Positions 18,781 to 26,676 of a stretch of DNA of 64,000 nt are shown piece after piece; the first letter of the stretch is position 1; each line of letters opens with the position of its first letter. Location: contig CBDCWI010000001.1 in assembly GCA_965223325.1 (NCBI GenBank), forward strand, positions 1,824,001 to 1,888,000. Reading direction: 5' to 3'. The position numbers and the translations under genes are program-made. The notes beneath the pieces were generated by a model that was not told where the DNA came from, ran no database searches, and was given only the letters and a program-made list of their open reading frames with translations. The DNA is from Candidatus Multivoradales bacterium. GTDB taxonomy: Bacteria; Acidobacteriota; Thermoanaerobaculia; Multivoradales; Multivoraceae.

Positions 18781-18882
18781 CCAAAAGGTTTCGCACCGGT
18801 AATCTCAGGTTGGAAACCCTGCATGCTCCGGGGCCCCGAAGGCCCTAGGAACCGCACCCCGCGAGCCGAGGTCTCAAAGATC

Positions 18883-20178
18883 ATGAACCGGAGACGTAGA
18901 CCCACCTCCGCTCTTTGTTTGACGAAGGAGTTGAGCCATAGGATCTGGCTGATGAGCTGCCTGGCGCTCCTTGCCGCGCTGCCAGCGACCGCCCAGGAGA
19001 CAGCTCCCAGCAAAGAAGCACCAGAGGCAGGCGAAGATTTCAGCTACCCCACCATGGCCGAGCTCGTCGCCCGGGCCGAAGCCTCGGACGTCATGTATGA
19101 GCTGCGCATTTCCCCGCTTGCCGAGCCCGAGCCGCCGCCCCCGCCGAAGCCCGGGCAGCCCCCGCCTACGCGCGCCCGCAGCGTGGTGCACTTTCCGCGC
19201 GTTGTCTTGACCCCGGAAGGCCGCGCCCTCGAGGAGTGGACCTGCAGCGAAGCGGCGACGGCCGAGCTCGAGCGCGCCGAAGCGGCATTCGGCGAAGAGC
19301 GTTGGCAGGAGGCGGCAGCGCTCTATCGGGAGACCGTCGAACTCGACGAAAAGTGCTACGTCGCCCTTGCCCACCTCGGCGACGCCTTCTTCAAGCGTGA
19401 CCTCTACCAGGACGCCGAGCGCGAGTACTCGCGGGCGATCTCGATCAATCCGCTCGATCACCGCACCTGGACGTACCGCGCCCACGCGCGCTATCGCCTC
19501 GGCAAGATCGACGACGCAATCGCTGACCTGACCGAGGCGTTCACCCTCCGGCCTGGCTACTGGGTTGCGGTTTCGATGCTCGAGCACCTTCCCTTGCCGG
19601 TCGTCTACGACCCGCCCGCGATCGAACCACCCGTGGTCGTCGAACGCGTTGGGCCAAAGAAGATCGAGATCGCGGTCGTGGGAACCGTTGATGACATCGA
19701 GAAGAACGTGGCTTGGATGGCGTACGGTCTTTGCAAGGGCCTGGCGCTCGGCGAGGCCGGCGTCGCTGGTGAGATCGCCGCGGAAGCTACCGAGCAAGAA
19801 AGGCGCGGCAAGAAGCGGCGAAATAGAAGGAGAAGCCGTCGGGCGAAGGCCGAGCCGCCGCCCGAAGAGACCGCTGCGCCAGCGGAAAGCTCAGAGGACG
19901 ACAGCGTTTCGTTCGAAGTGGCCCTGGAGCATCGCTGCCTCCTGGCAACGCTCGACACCTACGCCAACGGGCGCGAGCCGGAAGACAACGAACCACCCAC
20001 GCCGGCAGACCCGAACCTCGACCGCTTGATCGACGTCGCCAAAGACGGCCGCCTCGACGAGGCCATCCTCTACCAGGCAGGGATCGATCGCTTTGCCGAG
20101 GTCACCCTGCTGCTCGACGACGCGGTGCGCGACCTGATGCGCGAGTACGTCTCGCGCCACGTCCTCGAGCCGCGCTAG
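18883..20178 (+). CDS. Secreted tetratricopeptide-repeat protein
   Basis: Signal-like LALLAALPATAQ, a Pro-rich linker, and TPR helices (ALAHLGDAFF..YQDAEREYSRAISINP; AIADLTEAFTLRP). Start is uncertain. Confidence 0.75.
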   Translation: MNRRRRPTSALCLTKELSHRIWLMSCLALLAALPATAQETAPSKEAPEAGEDFSYPTMAELVARAEASDVMYELRISPLAEPEPPPPPKPGQPPPTRARSVVHFPRVVLTPEGRALEEWTCSEAATAELERAEAAFGEERWQEAAALYRETVELDEKCYVALAHLGDAFFKRDLYQDAEREYSRAISINPLDHRTWTYRAHARYRLGKIDDAIADLTEAFTLRPGYWVAVSMLEHLPLPVVYDPPAIEPPVVVERVGPKKIEIAVVGTVDDIEKNVAWMAYGLCKGLALGEAGVAGEIAAEATEQERRGKKRRNRRRSRRAKAEPPPEETAAPAESSEDDSVSFEVALEHRCLLATLDTYANGREPEDNEPPTPADPNLDRLIDVAKDGRLDEAILYQAGIDRFAEVTLLLDDAVRDLMREYVSRHVLEPR

Positions 20179-20822
20179 GCGATCTCCGCCAGGGCAGCGA
20201 TCGTCTCGGCGGGCTCGGGGCGCCGCGTGTAGTCGGCGCTCTTGCTTGCCCAACGCACGACGCCAGCGCGGTCGATGAGGTAGCGCGCCGGAATCGGCAG
20301 AGTCCAACTGTCGTCGCCGTTCGCCGCCGGCAGGTCGATCCCGAAACCCTGATACACACCGCGCAGGTCGCCTTCGACGAGATGACGGAGGCCATAGGCA
20401 GCGGCGACGTCGTTCCGGGCGTCGCGGAGGATCTCGAAGCCGAGGCCTCGTTTCGCGATCAGCTCCTGGCTCTTCGCCCGGGATTGCGGAGAAAGCGCAA
20501 CCAGCGTCGCACCCGCGGCATCGAAGTCGGCCTTCACGGCTTGCAGAGCTTCCAGCTCCGCGTTGCAATACGGTCACCAATGGCCACGAAAAAAGGTGAG
20601 CACCACCGGCCCGACGGAGCGGAGCGTGACCAGGCTCACGGCGGAGCCTTGGCTGTCCGTGAGCTCGAACTGGGGGGCCTCGTCCCCTACCCCGATGGCG
20701 TTCTCAGCGATACCGGTCGCCTCCAACGCTGCGGTTGCGGCATGCATGATCTCGAGCGTGTCGGCCGGAATGCGCTTTGCTGCGCCACCGCGGATTCTGT
20801 CGAGTCGTTCGGTCAGGCTCAT
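20175..20822 (-). CDS. Peroxiredoxin-like (AhpC/TSA) selenoprotein with UPYC motif, 215 aa
   Basis: ORFs 20574..20822 and 20175..20537 are in frame. Readthrough gives APQFELTD..GPVVLTFFRGHW-U-PYCNAELEAL..LPIPARYLIDRAGVVRW..DYTRRPEP, so the TGA (20576-20574) replaces the first Cys of the family motif RGxWCPYC. Confidence 0.9.
20543..20561 (-). promoter_or_regulatory. Putative SECIS element for the peroxiredoxin-like gene
   Basis: mRNA GCGGAGCU-GGA-AGCUCUGC: an 8-bp stem at +13..+31 after UGA with a G-containing loop. Confidence 0.7.
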
Positions 20823-20917
20823 GTGGAACGTCCTTCGTGCATGTGATGATGACGGGCGAGCGGCGACGCAAGGCGCCTCGCCGCGGTTCCGGTTCTACGA
20901 GTACAAACCCCACCCGG

Positions 20918-21862
20918 ATGCCCAACACCCTCGCCCATTTCGGAGTCCACCATCTTGCCACGCGCCTCGGCCAACGCGCCGGGGGTTCAACATGGCAGGT
21001 GAGCGACCTCTTGTGGATCTGGACGGGCGCGGTTCTTCCCGATGTTCCTTGGCTGCTTCAACGCATCGCGCACTTCTTCGTCCATGGAGAGGCGCGCTAC
21101 GACCTGCGGCTCTACTTCGTCGTGCAGGCTTCGCTCCTCTTTTGTCTCGTGCTTGCCGCCGCCGTCGCCTTGCTCGCCGAGAAACCCCAGCGCGCCGCGG
21201 CGATTCTCTCGCTCGGTGCGGTCATCCACCTCCTGCTCGACGCTTGTCAGATCAAGTGGGCAAACGGAGTGCTTCTGTTCGCACCTTTCGACTGGCGATT
21301 GCTGCGCTTCGACCTGTTCTGGCCCGAGAGCCTGCTGACCTGGCTCCTGGTCGCGGGTGGGGTGGTCTCGGGCGTTCTGGCGGCGCCGGCGCTGTGGCAG
21401 AACCCGATCGGGCTCGTTCCGCGGCGTTGGCCGGTTGTATTGCCGCTGCTCGCCGTGTGGGTGTTCCTACCGATCGCCCTCTTGCGTCAGGCGGAGTCAG
21501 GCGACGTTCATTTCGTCGGGACGCTACGCAACCACGATCAGCGACCCGGCCGGCAGCTCGAGCTCTACAACGCCCACTGGTTTCCTGGACTAGCGGCCAA
21601 CGAAACTGCGCAAGGGGAAGGCGCCGTGGTGACGATGAGCGAGGAGCGGCTGATCGTCACGACCGGTGAAGCGGGCATCGCTCTTCCAGCAGAAGCTGCG
21701 CGGATGTCGATCAAAGGTCACTTCGAAACCTCTGGGCGGCTGCGCCTCGAGGACTTTCACGTCCATCGAGCGCGGCAACGTGACGCACTCTCGCTGCCGC
21801 CGCTCGCCGCCCTGGCACTCCTCTGGCTCCGCGCCGTCTTGCTGGCCAACCGCCGGGGCTAA
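20918..21862 (+). CDS. Membrane-bound metal-dependent hydrolase-like protein (YdjM-like)
   Basis: MPNTLAH, GAVLPDVP and HLLLD motifs with several TM segments. Confidence 0.65.
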   Translation: MPNTLAHFGVHHLATRLGQRAGGSTWQVSDLLWIWTGAVLPDVPWLLQRIAHFFVHGEARYDLRLYFVVQASLLFCLVLAAAVALLAEKPQRAAAILSLGAVIHLLLDACQIKWANGVLLFAPFDWRLLRFDLFWPESLLTWLLVAGGVVSGVLAAPALWQNPIGLVPRRWPVVLPLLAVWVFLPIALLRQAESGDVHFVGTLRNHDQRPGRQLELYNAHWFPGLAANETAQGEGAVVTMSEERLIVTTGEAGIALPAEAARMSIKGHFETSGRLRLEDFHVHRARQRDALSLPPLAALALLWLRAVLLANRRG

Positions 21863-22293
21863 GAACCGCGAAGGACCATCGTGCCTGGTGCGGTCTGCTG
21901 GAGCGAAGCGCGCTCGAACGACGCCTCCCCCACCCCAGCAGGCTCGGGCAGGAGCACAATGGCTGGGCATCGCTTGTACATCTCTCGCGCGACCGCCGCA
22001 CCGAGCACCAGAATCGGATCGATTTCATTCAAAACGAAGGCCGCAGGTGCGGTTTCTAAACGCACCGCCTCGAGGAGAATGCTTGAGGCGCTCGAAGAAC
22101 CGCGACCGCTCGGCAGGAACCAAATGCGGCCGGTCACGCACGCGCCCGAGCTCGGGTGACGGCGATCGATCACTTCGCCGGTCTCGGGATTGAGCCCGCC
22201 CCACAGCGAAAGCGGCTCCGGGCTTTTGAGAACAGCGCCTTCGACATCGGGACCGGGCACGAGCACGCGGCAGGCGGCCTCCAATGCCGTCAT
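21859..22293 (-). CDS. Aconitase X small (swiveling) subunit, DUF126
   Basis: PLSLWGGLNPETGEVIDRRHP, GRGSSSAS and APAAFVLNEIDPILVLGA. ATGA overlap with the large subunit. Confidence 0.88.
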   Translation of the reverse strand: MTALEAACRVLVPGPDVEGAVLKSPEPLSLWGGLNPETGEVIDRRHPSSGACVTGRIWFLPSGRGSSSASSILLEAVRLETAPAAFVLNEIDPILVLGAAVAREMYKRCPAIVLLPEPAGVGEASFERASLQQTAPGTMVLRGS

Positions 22294-23588
22294 GGCGCTT
22301 CGCCCCAGAGATTCCGATCGCGCCACACCGAGCCCTGGTGAGCAGAGCGCACGCACTCCGAAGTGCTGCCGTAGATCACGCCCATACCTAGGTTGCCGGG
22401 GGTGTAGTGCGAGAACTTCCCCGAATCGGTCATCAAGATGCCTTGCTCGCTGGTCAGGATCGGCGCGACCACAACGCAGGTGTCAACGACCACCCGCACT
22501 CCCTGCTCCTCGAGGCGCTGGCGAACACCCTGGGACTCAGCCAGGCCGGCCATGAAGCGGCTGGTGCAAGCAACCACCTCGACTGCTTCCTGCGGCGGGT
22601 ACTCCTCGACCAGTCGAGCGAGCCGGCGGAGCTCGACGAGCGACAGATGCGGCGAGCCAACCGCCACCGCGTTGATCGCTCCGTCGCTCTCGGTCGACAG
22701 GCGTTGGCGAGTACGGCGCACCGTCTCGAGGTCGAGGATTGCAACTTCTTCGGGAACCACGCCCTGACACGCCGCCTCGAGCGTTGGCGCTTCCGGTGTC
22801 ACTCCGACGGCATGGAAAAGCGCCAGCGCTCCCGACGACGCAGCCGCCGCCCCCAGCGCTTTGAGCTGGTCTTCAGAACAGTCCGTCGGCAAGCCTTCGA
22901 TCACCGGCACTCGCCGACCGGCTTCGCTCCCCAGCCAGTAGCCGAGCACTGGGAAAAAGGCATCGCTCCCCAGCAACGCCTCGGGAAGCCGGCTGACATC
23001 GACCCGCCAGGTCGCCCGGCGGTTGGCCTCGAGGTGAAGGCCAACCGCGGGCGCCCGTCCGGTGACCGCACAACAGATATCGAGAAAGTCACCGTAGCGC
23101 TCGGTGCGTGCGCCGAGAACTGAGTTGGCAAAGACAATGGCGTTGCTCTCGGCCCAGGCGACCTGTTGACCGAGCTGCGGACGGTTCCGCAGGTCGAGCG
23201 CCTGATAGGGCGCGCAGGTGTACATCGGCTCGCAGCCCATCAGGCGGTAGCACTCCATCAGGCGGGCGGCTTGTTGCTGGTGCCGGGCCGTACCGTGATG
23301 GTTCTGCGGTCGTAGGAGATCGGTTGCACCAACGTTCAGGGTCGTCGGAACCTGAACCTGCGCGCCACCAGCCACCATTCGCTCGGCGAATTCGAGCCCG
23401 GAGTACCCGTGAAGCAAGCAGCCGTCAACGTGCGAACCTTCGATGTCGAGGAGCTCACCGGCGCCTTGGGCTTGCGCCATGGTGACCAGAATGCGCATCG
23501 ACATCACGCCGGCTTCGCCCATGTCCCCGGCGAGAAACGCTCGATCGCGCTCGCTCAGTTTGAGGCGCGAGGCAAGAGAGTCGGTCAT
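22290..23588 (-). CDS. Aconitase X catalytic (large) subunit, DUF521
   Basis: HVDGC, VPTTLN, YTCAPY, WAESNAIVFANSVLGART, GSPHLS, DTC and TDSGK. Confidence 0.9.
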   Translation of the reverse strand: MTDSLASRLKLSERDRAFLAGDMGEAGVMSMRILVTMAQAQGAGELLDIEGSHVDGCLLHGYSGLEFAERMVAGGAQVQVPTTLNVGATDLLRPQNHHGTARHQQQAARLMECYRLMGCEPMYTCAPYQALDLRNRPQLGQQVAWAESNAIVFANSVLGARTERYGDFLDICCAVTGRAPAVGLHLEANRRATWRVDVSRLPEALLGSDAFFPVLGYWLGSEAGRRVPVIEGLPTDCSEDQLKALGAAAASSGALALFHAVGVTPEAPTLEAACQGVVPEEVAILDLETVRRTRQRLSTESDGAINAVAVGSPHLSLVELRRLARLVEEYPPQEAVEVVACTSRFMAGLAESQGVRQRLEEQGVRVVVDTCVVVAPILTSEQGILMTDSGKFSHYTPGNLGMGVIYGSTSECVRSAHQGSVWRDRNLWGEAP

Positions 23589-24364
23589 CGTTTCGGAGCG
23601 ACTTCTTCTGTCACCGCCCGCAACCTGGTGAAGCCATCCACCAGCCGCGGTGACGGTCGACCGAGATAAGCCTCGGGAACGACGTAGACCGCGCCATCTT
23701 GAATGGCCCTGAGGTCACTCCAGGCGGGATTGCCAAGCACCACGTCAGGGCGCAGCTTCTCGGGCTCCACGCCACACCACGACACGATGAAGGCATCGGG
23801 ATCGAGGGCATAGACCTCTTCGTCGGTGAGCGGGCGACTCTCGACGGCCTCGTGACCCAGCGGATTGCAAGCACCCACCCGCTCGAGCAGGTCGTGCGCC
23901 CAGCTCCGCTGGCCGGGCGCGATCACTGGCTTGGGCCACCACTGGATGAGAAGGTGCGGTCGCCGTACCCCCGACTCGACTTCGACCGGAGCGAGCCGTT
24001 CCTGCATGTCGCGCACGACCTCATGGGCACGATCCGCGACCCCGAGCGCCTCACCAATCTCACGAATGTCGCGATAGACGTCGTCGATGGAACGCGGTGC
24101 CGGCGCCATCACCCGCAGCTTCGTCTCTTTCAGAGCAGCCACGACCTTCTCGTGACCCGGCACCGTCAACGAGGCGAGGACCAGGTCGGGCTCGAGCGCT
24201 TCGACCCTGGCAACGTCGATGCCGAGGTCGGGGCCGACGCGCGGCAGTCCCGCAACCACGTCGATCGGCCAGTCCGAGTGGTCATCGACTCCAACCAGCG
24301 AGTCGGCACAGCCCAGGGCGGCGACGATCTCGGTGTTGGAACAGGTGCAGGAAACGACGCGCAT
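23585..24364 (-). CDS. BtuF-like (helical-backbone metal/cobalamin-binding) protein without a signal peptide
   Basis: RVVSCTCSNTEIVAALG..LVGVDDHSDWP, LEPDLVLAS and RPSPRLVDG. Confidence 0.8.
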   Translation of the reverse strand: MRVVSCTCSNTEIVAALGCADSLVGVDDHSDWPIDVVAGLPRVGPDLGIDVARVEALEPDLVLASLTVPGHEKVVAALKETKLRVMAPAPRSIDDVYRDIREIGEALGVADRAHEVVRDMQERLAPVEVESGVRRPHLLIQWWPKPVIAPGQRSWAHDLLERVGACNPLGHEAVESRPLTDEEVYALDPDAFIVSWCGVEPEKLRPDVVLGNPAWSDLRAIQDGAVYVVPEAYLGRPSPRLVDGFTRLRAVTEEVAPKR

Positions 24365-24393
24365 GCGCCACACCCTATCTTCACCAGCGACGG

Positions 24394-26676
24394 TTAGCCG
24401 ACCGGTTCCGCCAACCTGGCCTTCCTGAAACTCAGTCGCGTGGCGGCGATTTCACGGTCGCCATCCAGCCAACGCAGTTCGATCGTGTAGGCGCCCGGAG
24501 AAAAGTCCTGCAGCTGCAGAGTGCTGAGCCCGGCTGACCCTCCCGCAATGGGTCGCATCTCACCGAAACGAATCGGCGCCGGGTGAGCCACGTCGCCGCC
24601 AGCAGGGAGGATCTCGGCGACGAGCCGGCTGCTGGGACTCCATTCGCCCCAGGCTCTGACCAACAACGCACTGCCGTCTTCGAGCCGCGGCTCTGGGTTG
24701 GGTAAGAGACTGCTGGTGCCAATACGAAATGGCGAGCGTTCAGACTCGGCCGCCGAGTCGTGTGCCTCGCGCACCACGACGCTCTGGCCGCCCGGGCGCA
24801 CGAAGTAGGCCAGCAGTCGTGGATCTTGTGGAGACTCGTCGCCAGTTCTCAAGTCGTGGGTGCTGCGGTATTCGCGCCCGGTCACCGGGTCGCGCACTCT
24901 GAAGCGCACGCGATGGTGGCCCGCGGGAACCTCGAGGTCGCCCACGAACTTGAGCCCTCCGAGGTCGAGCAGCTCGCCGTGTTCTTCGAAGTCGAGCTCG
25001 ATCTCTTCACGGAAAATGTCGAGAACCACGTCGCGGCCGCTCTGCCAGTCGGAAGCAAAACCTTCGATGTCCAGCCGGAGTCTGCGCGCCGCGGACTCGT
25101 CGCTCACCAGCTCGGGCGACAAGGCAAGAACGACCGACACCAGGCTACGCTGGTCATCGATGGGCGACGTAGTCATGAAGGAGCGCACCGGGAGCTCACG
25201 GCTATCGGGTGCATCGAAGAGCTGCGACGCGGCGGCCAGACGCTTCTCCATCGCGCTCATCTCTTTCCAGGTTCGCGGCCCGTAGAAGCCCTCGCGCGCA
25301 CGCACCTTCACTCCGCGCTCACCCGGCACCCGCACGTCGAGCGCATGGTACGCACCGTCACGTCGCACATCGCTGGCCTGCACGATCAACCGGTAGATGA
25401 CCGCGGTCGAATCGAGCATCTTCGCGGCCGCCTCGTCGAGCCGGTTGTTCCAACGATAGATCTCGCCACCGGTTTCGGTGGCCATGAACGAAAGCGTGTC
25501 GAATCCCAGGCCGCCGACGTTCGAGGTCAGCCCCTCAGCTCCGCCGCCAATGTGGAACGCGTTGATCACCCAGCCTGCACGACGGAACGAATCGACCAGG
25601 GACTCGAAGGAACGCAAGAACCCGGCGCCGGTCCCCGTCCCCGGCCCAATGGCATCCTCGCCGCTCCCACGCAGGGCAATGGCACGCGCGGCCGCTCCCC
25701 GTTCACGCGAGAACAAGAGCAGGTAGCGCTCGCCGGGTACATCGCGCAGTACCGTGGCGAGACTCCCGAGCGAGTCGTTCATGCGCCGAATCGACGACAA
25801 AACGGCGCCGGCACTGTTAGCGGTGCCGATCTCGAACGCCTCCTCGACCTCCGATGCGATTCCATCGTCGCCCGGTGTATTGAGAAGCGATAGGTCAAGC
25901 TCGCCGAAACCGCCCGGGTCGGTGGGCACCTCGAGGCTACTACCCAACGCCAGCGCCGCCGTCGGCCCCACCGAGCGCGTGAGCTCTCGCAGACCCGACT
26001 CGCGACCCGCCGCCAGCTGCTCGGCAAGCTCACGTACCCGCCGACCCTTGGCGTCGAGCACCGCCTCGACCACGTCGAGGGCCAAGTTGATGCGTTCCTT
26101 GTCACTGGTGAAACCGAGGACGAAGTCGACCCCGCCGGCGCTCCAGAGAGCAACTCCGAGACGATCTGCCGGGTGCAATCGGTCGGCGGCGACGTCGCGC
26201 ACGCCCTGGACGGCAAGCGACAGGCGATGACGGTCGGGTTGGGTGACATCAAAGAGCGCCAGCAGATGGCGCTCCGGAAACACCTGCTCCGGTTGGGGTG
26301 CCACCTCGGCCCGGTTGCTGTTCGCCAGATCGGAAGCTATCGGCGCAGTCACCGAAAGGTCGACCGCTTCGAAGCCAATCACCTCGAGACGCTTCCCTTT
26401 CGAGTAGACCTCAAAGTCTTTCTGCTCGAGACCGCGCACCGGTTCTCCGCGACGAAGCACCCGCACCGGCACTTCGACCTCGAGAACTGCGATCTCGTCG
26501 TCGAAGGAGTCGAAAGGCGCCGGCTCGGTATCGCCGTCGGTTGCCTTGCTCGTCTCAATGGCGCCGAGTTGACCGATCGCCGGAATGGCAACGAGGGAGA
26601 TCGCCAAAGCAATCACGCTGATCAAGAGAAACGGCAAGAGTGCGGCATGCTTCCTCGCCAGACCTGCTCTATCCAT
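24394..26676 (-). CDS. Secreted VWA-domain protein (acidobacterial VWFA-related type)
   Basis: Signal peptide, VEVPVRV..PVRGLEQKDFEV, LSFMATETGG, and DGAYHALDVRV..VRAREGFY. Confidence 0.8.
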   Translation of the reverse strand: MDRAGLARKHAALLPFLLISVIALAISLVAIPAIGQLGAIETSKATDGDTEPAPFDSFDDEIAVLEVEVPVRVLRRGEPVRGLEQKDFEVYSKGKRLEVIGFEAVDLSVTAPIASDLANSNRAEVAPQPEQVFPERHLLALFDVTQPDRHRLSLAVQGVRDVAADRLHPADRLGVALWSAGGVDFVLGFTSDKERINLALDVVEAVLDAKGRRVRELAEQLAAGRESGLRELTRSVGPTAALALGSSLEVPTDPGGFGELDLSLLNTPGDDGIASEVEEAFEIGTANSAGAVLSSIRRMNDSLGSLATVLRDVPGERYLLLFSRERGAAARAIALRGSGEDAIGPGTGTGAGFLRSFESLVDSFRRAGWVINAFHIGGGAEGLTSNVGGLGFDTLSFMATETGGEIYRWNNRLDEAAAKMLDSTAVIYRLIVQASDVRRDGAYHALDVRVPGERGVKVRAREGFYGPRTWKEMSAMEKRLAAASQLFDAPDSRELPVRSFMTTSPIDDQRSLVSVVLALSPELVSDESAARRLRLDIEGFASDWQSGRDVVLDIFREEIELDFEEHGELLDLGGLKFVGDLEVPAGHHRVRFRVRDPVTGREYRSTHDLRTGDESPQDPRLLAYFVRPGGQSVVVREAHDSAAESERSPFRIGTSSLLPNPEPRLEDGSALLVRAWGEWSPSSRLVAEILPAGGDVAHPAPIRFGEMRPIAGGSAGLSTLQLQDFSPGAYTIELRWLDGDREIAATRLSFRKARLAEPVG

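Noticed and set aside
18720-19013. Long N-terminal extensions in the ORF track (TetR from 19013, Rieske from 55240, EEP from 11434, Gfo from 42164, Met-rich protein from 52878)
   Set aside because: They overlap neighbouring genes or promoters. Downstream starts with an RBS or stop-start coupling fit the family N-termini better.
464-20576. Reading the in-frame TGAs as pseudogene nonsense mutations or sequencing errors
   Set aside because: All four fall in CxxC-type registers, have SECIS-like hairpins downstream and have intact flanking frames. This is not formally excluded without selABCD evidence.
23585-24364. Cobalamin uptake operon
   Set aside because: No btuC/btuD, no signal peptide and no cobalamin riboswitch are visible.
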